64,000 nt of DNA from positions 960,001 through 1,024,000 of the forward strand of contig JBBCJC010000005.1 in the NCBI GenBank assembly GCA_037189525.1. Reading direction: 5' to 3'. The first letter of the stretch is position 1; each line of letters starts with the position of its first letter. The stretch comes from Gemmatimonadales bacterium. GTDB taxonomy: Bacteria > Gemmatimonadota > Gemmatimonadetes > Gemmatimonadales > GWC2-71-9. Positions 48,899 through 58,224 of this stretch are shown here, piece after piece. The notes under the pieces were generated by a model that did no database searches, was not told the DNA's origin, and saw only the letters and a list, made by a program, of their open reading frames with translations. Position numbers and translations under genes: made by a program.

Positions 48899-49930
48899 CT
48901 ACTCGCCAAGCGGCCGATGGATCGCATCGGCCGCCTGGCCTGCCCGGCTCCGCGCCGACGAATCCCCGAATATTTTCTCACCGTCGTAACGGCCGTTCTC
49001 GATGAAAACCTCGGAAATGAACTTCCCCGCCGTCAGACTCCCCGCGAGATAGACGCCCGGCACATTGGTCTCGAGCGTCACGGGATCGTGGGTCGGCCGG
49101 CCCGTCTCCGGATCGAGTTCGATGCCGATCCGCTGCAGGAGTCCGAAGTCGGGCCGGTAGCCCGTCAGCAGAAACACACGATCCGCAGCTAGCGTCTCAT
49201 CGCCGTCGGGACCCTGGACCGTTACCTGCTGCCGGGTGATCTCGGCCACCGTCGTATTCCAACGCACCGCGATTTCCCCCGCGGCGACCCGATTCAGGAA
49301 ATCCGGCCTGAGCCAGTACTTCACGCTCGGCTTGAGTTCGGGACCCCGATGGACCACCGTGACCTTCGCACCGACCCGAAACGCCGCCAGGGCGAGTTCG
49401 ATGGCCGAGTTCTTGGCGCCGACGATCACGACAGCGAGCCCCGCCAGGGGATGCGCTTCCTCGGGATAGTGCGTCACATGCGGGAGGTCCTCGCCGGGCA
49501 CGTCGAGCCGGTTGGGATGACCGAAATAGCCGGTCGCCAGAACCAGGCGCTCGGTCACGACCAGCTCAGGCCGTATTTCGCCTAACGTGCGCTCCAGGAA
49601 GCAGTGGATCGTCCCGTCCCGCCGTTGGGCGCCCACCAGCCTGGTGTACGAGTGGACCCGGAGTCCTTCGACCCGGGCCACACCGCGATAGTACATCAGG
49701 GCATCCTCGCGCGTGGGTTTCGCGCCCGAGGTGACGATCGGATGATTGCCGATCTCGAGTCGCTCCGGCGTCGTAAAAAAGGACATCCCATTGGGATAGC
49801 GAACGATCGATTCGGCAATCGCCCCGGCATCGATGACCGCCGGGTCGAATCCCCGCCGTTTGGCGGCAATGGCCGAGGCCAGCCCGATAGGCCCGGCGCC
49901 GACGATGAGGACTGGTTCATGTGGATGCAT
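48899..49930 (-). CDS. ypdA: YpdA family putative bacillithiol disulfide reductase
   Basis: 'YP..M.FFTT.ERLEIG', 'KPTREDALMYYR', 'ATGYF..PN.L.VPGEDLPHV.HY', 'VKYWLRPD..NR', 'FIENGR'. Confidence 0.88.
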   Translation of the reverse strand: MHPHEPVLIVGAGPIGLASAIAAKRRGFDPAVIDAGAIAESIVRYPNGMSFFTTPERLEIGNHPIVTSGAKPTREDALMYYRGVARVEGLRVHSYTRLVGAQRRDGTIHCFLERTLGEIRPELVVTERLVLATGYFGHPNRLDVPGEDLPHVTHYPEEAHPLAGLAVVIVGAKNSAIELALAAFRVGAKVTVVHRGPELKPSVKYWLRPDFLNRVAAGEIAVRWNTTVAEITRQQVTVQGPDGDETLAADRVFLLTGYRPDFGLLQRIGIELDPETGRPTHDPVTLETNVPGVYLAGSLTAGKFISEVFIENGRYDGEKIFGDSSARSRAGQAADAIHRPLGE

Positions 49931-50054
49931 GGCTGCAAAAATAGCGACCCGGCCGCCTCAACGATCGGGCCCCCGACAGCGTATTATTAAGATGGGCCTA
50001 TTGGCCCGCCCCCTTCAAATCCCTGTTACGCCCCTGCCTCTTCCGAGGAACCGT

Positions 50055-52976
50055 ATGTCTCGTTTTACCCCCTGGATTCGCCTTGCCACCCTGGCCGTCC
50101 TCGCCGTCGGCGGGGCCGCCCCGGCGTCGGCCCAGTCAGGCCAATCCGTCGACCAGGAATACACCCGCCTGATGCGGGAGTATCTGCGCGACCCCCGCGT
50201 GACCACCGAGCTGGTCGACCCGATGCCTGCCTCCTCGACCGTGCCGACGCCGCTCAAGTTCCTGGGCCGGATCGTCGGTACCCCGGGCGAGCTGACCTAC
50301 ACCAAGGACATCTACCGCTACTTCCGGGCGCTGGATGCGGCCTCCGATCGGGTCACCGTCTGGAGCATCGGACAATCCGAAGAGGGGCGCGAGATGATCG
50401 TGCTGGCGGTGTCCGACGCCGCCACGATCAAGCAGCTCGAGAAGTACCGGGGCATGCTGGCGCAGCTCACCGACCCGCGTAAGACGACCGAAGCGGAAGC
50501 GCGCCGCCTGATCGGTTCGGCCAAGCCGTTCTACTGGATCACCACCGGCCTGCACTCGCCCGAAACGGGCGGGCCCGAGGTCGTGATGGAGCTCGCCTAC
50601 CGGCTGGCCGTGACGGAAACACCGTACGTCAAAGCCATTCGAGACAACGTCGTCACCTTCATCACGCCCGTCCTCGAACCGGATGGCCGCGACAAACAGG
50701 TCGACACCTACTACTACAACAAGGCCCTCCCCGCCGGATCCCAGCGTCTGCCGCTGATGTACTGGGGCAGATATGTCGCCCACGATAACAACCGGGACGG
50801 CATGGGACAGTTTCTGGCGTTGACCCGGAATTCCACCAAGTTCCTGCTCAACTGGAAGCCGACCGTGATGCACGACCTGCACGAGTCGGTGCCCTACCTC
50901 TACGCCTCGACCGGCACCGGCCCGTACAACGAATCGATCGACCCGATCACGATCGACGAGTGGTGGCTGATGTCGAAGACGGAAGTCGTCGAGCTCACCA
51001 AGCGGGGCGTGCCTGGGGTCTGGACCTACGGCTTCTACGACGGCTGGGTCCCGAACTATCTCTTCTTCCTGGCCCACAGCCACAACTCCATCGGCCGGTT
51101 CTACGAGGTCCAGAGCTACGGCCCGGACACCAGCACGGTGCGCAACCCGCCGGCGCGCACCAGCCGCGAATGGTTCCGCGGCAACCCGCCGCTTCCGTCG
51201 ATTGCCTGGGGCCCCCGCAACAACGCCAACATCCAGCAGTCGGCGCTGCTCGTCGTGCTGAATCACGTGGCCAAGAACCGCGAGATGTACCTCGAGAACT
51301 ACTGGATCAAGAACAAGCGGGCAGTCGACAAAGGCCGTAACGGTCCCAACCACGCCTGGGTGGTGCCGGCCAACCAGCGCCGGAAGGCCGATGCCGTCGC
51401 GGCCATCAACGAACTCTGGAGACAGGGCCTCGAAATCCATCGGGCCACCAGCGCATTCACAGCCGGGAAGGTGTCGGTCCAGCCGGGAGACTTCATCATC
51501 CGCGGCGACCAGCCCTATCACACCCTGGCCGACATGTACTTCTCGGTCCAGAATTTTCCGCCCGAGAATCCGCGGCCGTATGACGATACCGGGTGGACCT
51601 TCCCGCTGATGCGGAACGTGGTCATCACCCCGGTCGGTGACAAGAGCATTCTGACCCAACCGATGGCTCCGGTCACCGGCGAGTCGCGCGCACCTGGCGG
51701 CATCGAAGGCAGCGGATCGGTGGTCGTGGTCGACCATACGACCGACAACAATCTGATGACCTTCCGGTACCGCCATGCCAATGTCGCCATGGACGCGGCG
51801 CAGGAAGGATTCACCGCGGGCGGCCGGCAGTTCCGCGCCGGCTCGTTCATCATCCGCAATGCCGACCTGGCCGCGCTCGGTAAGACCCTGACCGACCTGG
51901 GCCTGACCGGCTATGCCGTGGCCTCGGCGCCAACGGTCAAGACCCACACCATGGACCTGCCGCGCATCGGGTATGTCCATGCCTGGCAGCGCACCCAGGA
52001 CGAGGGCTGGATTCGCGCCGCGCTCGATACCTATGAGGTTCCCTACACCTACTTTGCCGACCAGAAGCTCCGCGACGGCAACCTGCGTAGCAAGTACGAC
52101 GTGATCATCTATCCGCACGTCGGCGGCACCCCGGTAGCCCAGATCAACGGCATCGCCAAGGTCGACGACCGGCCGCTGCCCTACCGTAAGACCGACAAGA
52201 CGCCCCATCTCGGCGTCAACGATCAGAGCGACGACATCCGGGGCGGGATGGGTCTGGAAGGACTGGCGGAACTCGCCAAGTTCGTCCGCGACGGCGGCAC
52301 CCTGATCGTCGAGGGCGCCACCTCCACCATTTTCCCGGCGTTCGGCCTCACCTCCGGGATCACCATCGAGGAGCCGGCGGACCTGTTCGTGCGCGGCTCG
52401 ATCATGCGCGGCATCGTCTCCGATCGCACCAGTCCGATCGCGTACGGCTTCGATGCCCAGCTGCCGGTCTACTTCAACCAGGCCCCCGTGCTGAGCACCG
52501 GCGGTGGTGGCGCCTCCGGACTGGCGGCCGTCTTCAGCGGCGCCAACAGCGGCCCGGGACAGAATGTGACGCCGATGGCCTCACGGCTCACTCTCTCGCC
52601 CTGGATTACCGATTCCTCAGCGCACACCGGCGCGCCCCGGACCGGACCGGGCCAGGACGAGCAGGTCGCCCAGTTCCGGCAGATGGCCCGCCAGTTCGGG
52701 CTGAGCACCGAGTCGGCCGACCCGCGCGTCGTGATGCGCTTCCCGACCAACCCGAACGACATGCTGCTGTCAGGTACGCTGGCCAACGGTCAGTACCTCT
52801 CGAACCGGGCGCAGGTCATCGATGCGCCGGTCGGCAGCGGACATGTGGTGATGTTCGGCATCCGTCCGTTCTGGCGCTGGCAGACTCACGGAACCTTCTT
52901 CCTCGGGTTCAACGCGATCCTGCATTGGAACGATCTCAACGCGGGACGCAACGGCCCGGCCAACGCGGGACAGTAG
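50055..52976 (+). CDS. Secreted M14 family zinc carboxypeptidase-like protein
   Basis: Signal peptide, 'GLHSPE', 'PDGRD', 'HDNNRD', 'HDLHE'; C-terminal glutamine-amidotransferase-like region. Confidence 0.88.
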   Translation: MSRFTPWIRLATLAVLAVGGAAPASAQSGQSVDQEYTRLMREYLRDPRVTTELVDPMPASSTVPTPLKFLGRIVGTPGELTYTKDIYRYFRALDAASDRVTVWSIGQSEEGREMIVLAVSDAATIKQLEKYRGMLAQLTDPRKTTEAEARRLIGSAKPFYWITTGLHSPETGGPEVVMELAYRLAVTETPYVKAIRDNVVTFITPVLEPDGRDKQVDTYYYNKALPAGSQRLPLMYWGRYVAHDNNRDGMGQFLALTRNSTKFLLNWKPTVMHDLHESVPYLYASTGTGPYNESIDPITIDEWWLMSKTEVVELTKRGVPGVWTYGFYDGWVPNYLFFLAHSHNSIGRFYEVQSYGPDTSTVRNPPARTSREWFRGNPPLPSIAWGPRNNANIQQSALLVVLNHVAKNREMYLENYWIKNKRAVDKGRNGPNHAWVVPANQRRKADAVAAINELWRQGLEIHRATSAFTAGKVSVQPGDFIIRGDQPYHTLADMYFSVQNFPPENPRPYDDTGWTFPLMRNVVITPVGDKSILTQPMAPVTGESRAPGGIEGSGSVVVVDHTTDNNLMTFRYRHANVAMDAAQEGFTAGGRQFRAGSFIIRNADLAALGKTLTDLGLTGYAVASAPTVKTHTMDLPRIGYVHAWQRTQDEGWIRAALDTYEVPYTYFADQKLRDGNLRSKYDVIIYPHVGGTPVAQINGIAKVDDRPLPYRKTDKTPHLGVNDQSDDIRGGMGLEGLAELAKFVRDGGTLIVEGATSTIFPAFGLTSGITIEEPADLFVRGSIMRGIVSDRTSPIAYGFDAQLPVYFNQAPVLSTGGGGASGLAAVFSGANSGPGQNVTPMASRLTLSPWITDSSAHTGAPRTGPGQDEQVAQFRQMARQFGLSTESADPRVVMRFPTNPNDMLLSGTLANGQYLSNRAQVIDAPVGSGHVVMFGIRPFWRWQTHGTFFLGFNAILHWNDLNAGRNGPANAGQ

Positions 52977-52998
52977 CCGCCGGGCAGTACCGGAACAA

Positions 52999-53042
52999 AA
53001 CGCGGGGCGCGGACGGATTTCGTCTGCGCCCCGCGTTGCTTG
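52999..53042. terminator. Bidirectional rho-independent terminator
   Basis: AACGCGGGGCGCGGACG/CGTCTGCGCCCCGCGTT stem between convergent genes, with an A-run on the left flank. Confidence 0.75.
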
Positions 53043-53057
53043 GTCCGGATGGAAGGT

Positions 53058-53822
53058 CTATCGGACTCGGCTCCAGATTACCAGCACCCCGCACACCGCC
53101 CCGTCCAACTGGAACATCAACGGAACCTGGGCCGAGCCGCGATAGTATTCGACTCCGGCAAGATGACGAATCGGCGGGAGATCCCGCAGATACAGCGTGT
53201 CACGGTTCCAGTTGAGCAAAGCGCCATCGAGAATGACGCGCGCGGGACAAGTCCGCTGCTGCATGCTCGACGATCCTCGCGACTCTGCCGCATAAGCGCC
53301 GCGCCGCCCGTACTCGATTGGAACGCCCAAATCCCTGAGAGCGCTTTCGAGGCTCTGTCCTTCCTTTTCGGCAAGCTGATAATGATCGAGAAACCGGCCG
53401 GCGCCCTGCTTCAATCGCTGGTCGAAGCCGGCCATCATCGGATTGGGCCACGTCAACTCGTCGGCGCGCACCGTTACGGAATCGAGGATGATGGGAATCT
53501 CGATCAGTCGCAGTCCGACCCGCACGACTTCATCCGCTCCGAAACGAATCCGCTGCCGCAGCGGACGGTACCCGATCCGGCGGACCAGGATCTCATGCTG
53601 GCCGGGCCGAATCCCCTCGATTCGGAACTGGCCCGTCGAATCGGTGACGGCGCCCAGCTCGAGCCCCCGAATCTCGACCAGCGCACCAAGCAGAGGTCCG
53701 ATCGGCGTTCCGCCGGCGACCCGGCCGGTCAAAACGGCCTGCCCGTGAGCCGGCTCCGACCAGAGCACGGTCACGCAGCAGGCCGCGATCCATCCGAGCC
53801 GTGCCCGGGTCAACACCGGCAT
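53058..53822 (-). CDS. Second carboxypeptidase-regulatory-like + plug-like domain protein, no barrel
   Basis: Signal peptide, 'LTGRV...TDSTGQF...RRIGY', 'CPARVILDG...LAGVEYYRG...CGVLVIWSR'. Confidence 0.72.
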   Translation of the reverse strand: MPVLTRARLGWIAACCVTVLWSEPAHGQAVLTGRVAGGTPIGPLLGALVEIRGLELGAVTDSTGQFRIEGIRPGQHEILVRRIGYRPLRQRIRFGADEVVRVGLRLIEIPIILDSVTVRADELTWPNPMMAGFDQRLKQGAGRFLDHYQLAEKEGQSLESALRDLGVPIEYGRRGAYAAESRGSSSMQQRTCPARVILDGALLNWNRDTLYLRDLPPIRHLAGVEYYRGSAQVPLMFQLDGAVCGVLVIWSRVR

Positions 53823-54012
53823 CGACGACGCTCCCCATCGTCCATCTGCATTGCCTCTCGTATATCAGGCCCCGTAACAACACGAGGGGCAAATCCTTCG
53901 CGGCAAGCTCGGGTTATTTCCACGAACGCAGTCGGTGGATTTCCTACTGAATCCACGTCCGGATCACGGTCACGGCCGCCCATGCCCGACCCGATCCGCT
54001 CATGGGCATCTC

Positions 54013-55437
54013 CTAGCGCAACCCCACCGTTCCCTTCACCGACGCAATCAGCTTGGCCGAGTCGTAGCCGACCCCTTCGCGGAACACGAGGGTCACGTTC
54101 CGAATCTCTGCGGGGCGAGCGATCGGATCGCCGTTCATGACCACCAGATCGGCGTACTTCCCGGGTGTAATCGTGCCATACTCGGCGTCCGCGCCAAGGA
54201 TCTTGGCCCCGTTGGCCGTCATGACCTGGATCGCCTCGACCGGAGTAAAGCCGCCTTCGAGGAACAACTCGTAGTTGCGCTGGTTCCCGAACCCGGCGAG
54301 AATTCCTCCGATTCCCGTCGGATCGACACCGGCCCCGAGCAGCCCCCCTGACCGCACAAAGGCCAGCTCGTACTCGAGCAACTTCTTGAAGCCCGCATCG
54401 GTCACAGCGGCAGCGCGACCTTCCGGCGTGGCCAACGCGGTCCGAGCCTGGAGATACGCTTCCCGCGCCGGCGGGTACAACGCGTCCAGCGTGCGCTGCT
54501 CGATCGGAGGACGCCCCACCATCAGCCCCTCGAAGATCACCACGGTCGATGTCATGGCGACCTTGTTGGCCACCATGTCCTTGAACGTCGCGCGCACCGC
54601 TTCACCATTGATGTCGAGCGACTCGAACACGCTCATCTTGACACCGGGGCACTGATCAGGCCGCTTGGCGGGATCGTACTCCTGGTTGGCATAGAGACCA
54701 TGCTCGACCGCATCCATGCCGGCAGCGACCGCCTCACGATAGCCCACCGAGCAAAGGTGCCCCGTCACCTTCACGCCGTGCTTGTGCGCTTCTTCCACCA
54801 GCGCCTTGAGTTCCGCGCGGGCAATCCGGTCGTACACTTTGAGCCAGCTCGCTCCCTCCGCAGCCCAATACGACGCAATCCGCCGGGCAGCCTCTGGCGT
54901 GCTGACCTCGTGCATGATGCCGTGATTGCCACCGGGGCCGGTGATGTACGGGCCGGTCACGTACATCCGTGGGCCCGCTTCCGCTCCACTCTCGATGGCG
55001 CGTTTGAGGATCAGATCCTGATATGGAGCGTTCGACCCCGTGGTCCGGATGGTCGTGACGCCCGACGCCAGGTAGAGTCGCGGCGCGCTGACCGGCTGAT
55101 GGACGAACGGCCACGGCCCGCCTCCATAGAAGGTGTGATCGTGGAGACCGACCATACCCGGCATGACCGTATGACCCTGCAAAGCAAGCACCCGCGCATT
55201 GGCCGGGACTTTGGCCGACCCGCTCGGCCCCACCCAGCTGATCCTGCCTCGTTCGATCACGATGGTTTGATCGTCTCGCGGCGCGGCGCCGGTTCCATCG
55301 ATCACTTTGACGTTGGTGAGCGCCACCACCGGCGCATCGACCGACACGAAGTCCCGCGCCGACTGGGCCGAGACGGCCACGGGCGCGATTGCCGCCAGCG
55401 AAAGTACGTACCACGCCCTGCGCACCGATGAGGTCAC
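54013..55437 (-). CDS. Secreted amidohydrolase (Amidohydro_1, imidazolonepropionase-like fold)
   Basis: 'VIDGTG', 'PGMVGLHDH', 'VTGHLC', 'VEHG', 'GKYADLVV..GDP'. GTG start after GGAG. Confidence 0.85.
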   Translation of the reverse strand: MTSSVRRAWYVLSLAAIAPVAVSAQSARDFVSVDAPVVALTNVKVIDGTGAAPRDDQTIVIERGRISWVGPSGSAKVPANARVLALQGHTVMPGMVGLHDHTFYGGGPWPFVHQPVSAPRLYLASGVTTIRTTGSNAPYQDLILKRAIESGAEAGPRMYVTGPYITGPGGNHGIMHEVSTPEAARRIASYWAAEGASWLKVYDRIARAELKALVEEAHKHGVKVTGHLCSVGYREAVAAGMDAVEHGLYANQEYDPAKRPDQCPGVKMSVFESLDINGEAVRATFKDMVANKVAMTSTVVIFEGLMVGRPPIEQRTLDALYPPAREAYLQARTALATPEGRAAAVTDAGFKKLLEYELAFVRSGGLLGAGVDPTGIGGILAGFGNQRNYELFLEGGFTPVEAIQVMTANGAKILGADAEYGTITPGKYADLVVMNGDPIARPAEIRNVTLVFREGVGYDSAKLIASVKGTVGLR

Positions 55438-55474
55438 GTGACGCTCCATCTCGAATTGAAGTGCTCTGATCCGA

Positions 55475-56179
55475 CTACGGGCGACGCGGCAGACCCGGAA
55501 TCCGGCCCCGGCCCGGCAAGCCACCCATATCCATTTTCGTGTACCCAGCAGGAATTTCGAACAACGCCGCATCGAGACTCTTCTTCTCGATCGACTTGAC
55601 CTCCATCACCGTTTCCCGTGCCGAGCCTTTGACCTGCTCGATCTTGAGCGGCTGGAATCCATCCTTGAATCGCTCCGCCAGCTGACGATACTCGAGCGGA
55701 ATCGACGACCCGGCGCCCCGCCCCATCGGCCCCGCGTTGCGTCCCGCATTTCCGAAAAAGCCGAGGCCCTTGGCCGCGCAGACGTCCATCACGTTTTCAT
55801 CCGATGTCACGAGGTAGTGATCGCACTTATGCCCGGCAATCGTCTCGCTCTGACCGGTAGCCTCGATCTTCGGCGCCTTGACCGGCTCGTCCTTTCCGGC
55901 CTCGGCCCCCTGAAACGACATCACCATGAACATCTTCTGCGACGGCATCACCATCGTCATCGATTCCTTCTCCAGATCGAGAATCGAGTAACCCGACTCC
56001 CGCCCCGACTGCATGTCCATACGTGATTTTCCGCCCTTGTGACTGCTGACCATTTCCATGGCCGGCTTGCCACGGCTGAACATCTGAGTCACGATGGTGC
56101 CTTCGAACTGCTGCGCGGACAGGGGGACCGACCCCACGACAGCCAGCCCAACCACACCTACCAGCATCGCTCGCAACAT
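55475..56179 (-). CDS. Secreted DUF4412-like protein
   Basis: Signal peptide 'SAQQFEG', 'TGQSETIAGHKC..Y', 'LFEIPAGY'. Confidence 0.7.
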   Translation of the reverse strand: MLRAMLVGVVGLAVVGSVPLSAQQFEGTIVTQMFSRGKPAMEMVSSHKGGKSRMDMQSGRESGYSILDLEKESMTMVMPSQKMFMVMSFQGAEAGKDEPVKAPKIEATGQSETIAGHKCDHYLVTSDENVMDVCAAKGLGFFGNAGRNAGPMGRGAGSSIPLEYRQLAERFKDGFQPLKIEQVKGSARETVMEVKSIEKKSLDAALFEIPAGYTKMDMGGLPGRGRIPGLPRRP

Positions 56180-56269
56180 GGCGCGTCCTCGGAATGGGGT
56201 ATCCCTGCAAAGTACGAGCGGGTGCCCCGTTCGCATAGGGCGGCGGGGGTACGGCGCGGGACCCGACCG

Positions 56270-56794
56270 TCAGCCCTGCCGGACTCCGTAGAGGAACCGC
56301 GCATACCCCAGTTCGGCTGCGTTCTTGGTCAGTTCGATGTTGGCCCAGGCCACCACATCCCCGAACGGGCGGTCGGGAAACGGCCATCGGGTCCGCTCCG
56401 CCGATGCAAACTCGGCATCGGACAGGGCCTCGACCCGCTCACGCCAAGTCCGATACCGCTCCGCCAGCTGCTCACGCACCTGCTCCGCGCTGCCGGGCCA
56501 ACGGATGTCCTCCCGACCAAGCGTGGCATCGCCGAATGAGTGATCGAGCACCATCGACCACCAGAACAGCATGTGCCAGGTGACCCAGCCGGCACTCGGC
56601 GGGCCGATCTCATAGTCTTCCCGCTCGGGCCAATCCGTCACCCAGCGCCCCGCCCCGTCCTCTCGGAGATGGAGCCCTCGGCCGGTCGGACGCCACAGAC
56701 ACTCGTCCGTGGTGAGGGTATCGAGATGATAGCTCGTGAGCATCCAGGCCATATCGAGCTGGCGCAACAGATACTGCCGAGGGGAGTCACTCAT
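56270..56794 (-). CDS. DinB-superfamily protein
   Basis: 'LTTDECLWRP', 'SAGWVTWHM..WW', 'W.NIELTKNAAELG'. Confidence 0.75.
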   Translation of the reverse strand: MSDSPRQYLLRQLDMAWMLTSYHLDTLTTDECLWRPTGRGLHLREDGAGRWVTDWPEREDYEIGPPSAGWVTWHMLFWWSMVLDHSFGDATLGREDIRWPGSAEQVREQLAERYRTWRERVEALSDAEFASAERTRWPFPDRPFGDVVAWANIELTKNAAELGYARFLYGVRQG

Positions 56795-56856
56795 GCGAAC
56801 CTACCGATGTCAGGGAAAACATGCTGCCTGCGCCGTGCGGACGCGGCGGGGCCCGA

Positions 56857-58224
56857 TCAGGAGGCGAGAATATTGCCGGGCGCCAGCAGACCAAGCGGAT
56901 CCAGTTCTCGCTTGACGGCGCGGAGCATCCGCTGCTGCGTCCCATCGAACTGAAGCGCCAGCCACTTGGCTTTGACTTTTCCGATACCATGCTCGGCTGC
57001 GACGGTGCCCCCCGCAGCAACCACCTCACGCAACGTCTGCTCGACCACGGACTCGATCCGGGCAACCTCCGCAGGATCCCGGCCGATGTAATTGCAGTGG
57101 GGATGACCGTTCCCGGCATGGCCGAAGATGACGGGCGCCAGCAATTCCGCTTCCTCCGCCCGGCGGCGCACCGACGCGATCGTCTCCGCCAGCTGCCGGT
57201 AGGGCACCGCCCAGTCAGTCGAGATCCGACGCCCTCCTTGGCCGCGAAACACCGTCGCCCGCTCATGCATCTGTGCCGGCACCGCATGCCGCAGCCTACG
57301 AGCTACCGAAAGCGCCGTATCGCCCTCAAAGGCGTTGACCGCATCGACGAGCGCACCATACTGGTCCGCGAGTTCGAGCCACGCCTCGAGCGGCGGCTCG
57401 TCATCTCGCGCTTCCTCGACATAGACGACCGCGCCGACATCGTCCGGCCACACCGCGTCTCCGCCGTCCTGCCGCGCGATGGCCGCCGCCTCCCGATCGA
57501 GAAACTCGAGACACCGCGGAGCAACCGCCGCAGATTCACGGGCCGCGACAATGAAGGCCAGCGCATCGGTCTCTGTCGCGAACGGAATGGCCAGGCCCAA
57601 TTCCACGGCCGGCCGCGGCAGGAGCGCAAGCTCCGCCGCGAGCACCACGCCCAAGGTCCCTTCGCTGCCGACGAACCAGGAGACCAGGTCCTGGAGTGGA
57701 GGATACCCGACGGTGTTTTTCTCGAGCACGGGGCGACGGAGTTCCAGAACTTCTCCGGATGCCAGCGCAACCGTCACCCCCCGCAGATGGGCGCCGGTCG
57801 CACCGTATCGTAAGGTTCTCGGCCCCGATGCGTTGCAGGCAATCGCGCCGCCCACGGTGCACTCCTGCTCGCTGGTCGGGTCCGGCGCAAAGAAGAGCCC
57901 ATGCGGGGCAAGCGCGCGCTGCAGATCGCCGATCAGCACACCTGCCTCGACCCGCGCGGTCCGGGCCGACGGGTCGATGTCGATGATGCGATCCAACCGC
58001 CGGGTCGACAGGAGGATTCCGCGATCCGTAATACTGGCCGCGGTAGTACTCGTCTGCCCACCTGCCGGCGTGACCCAGGTCCGATCGGTGGTGGCCTGGC
58101 GCAACAGCTCGACGACCTCGGCGGCGCTGTCCGGACGCGCCACCGCCTCGGGTACCAGGATCAGCCCGGAAGCATCGGCCGCGAATCCTTCCCGGACGTC
58201 CCGGTCGACGACGAGCCTGCTCAT
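56857..58224 (-). CDS. FAD-linked oxidase, GlcD/D-2-hydroxyacid dehydrogenase family
   Basis: 'GGQTS', 'FAPDPTS', 'GGAIACNASG', 'GSEGTLG', 'FGHAGNGHPH', 'AEHGIG', 'LDP.G...PG'. Confidence 0.88.
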   Translation of the reverse strand: MSRLVVDRDVREGFAADASGLILVPEAVARPDSAAEVVELLRQATTDRTWVTPAGGQTSTTAASITDRGILLSTRRLDRIIDIDPSARTARVEAGVLIGDLQRALAPHGLFFAPDPTSEQECTVGGAIACNASGPRTLRYGATGAHLRGVTVALASGEVLELRRPVLEKNTVGYPPLQDLVSWFVGSEGTLGVVLAAELALLPRPAVELGLAIPFATETDALAFIVAARESAAVAPRCLEFLDREAAAIARQDGGDAVWPDDVGAVVYVEEARDDEPPLEAWLELADQYGALVDAVNAFEGDTALSVARRLRHAVPAQMHERATVFRGQGGRRISTDWAVPYRQLAETIASVRRRAEEAELLAPVIFGHAGNGHPHCNYIGRDPAEVARIESVVEQTLREVVAAGGTVAAEHGIGKVKAKWLALQFDGTQQRMLRAVKRELDPLGLLAPGNILAS

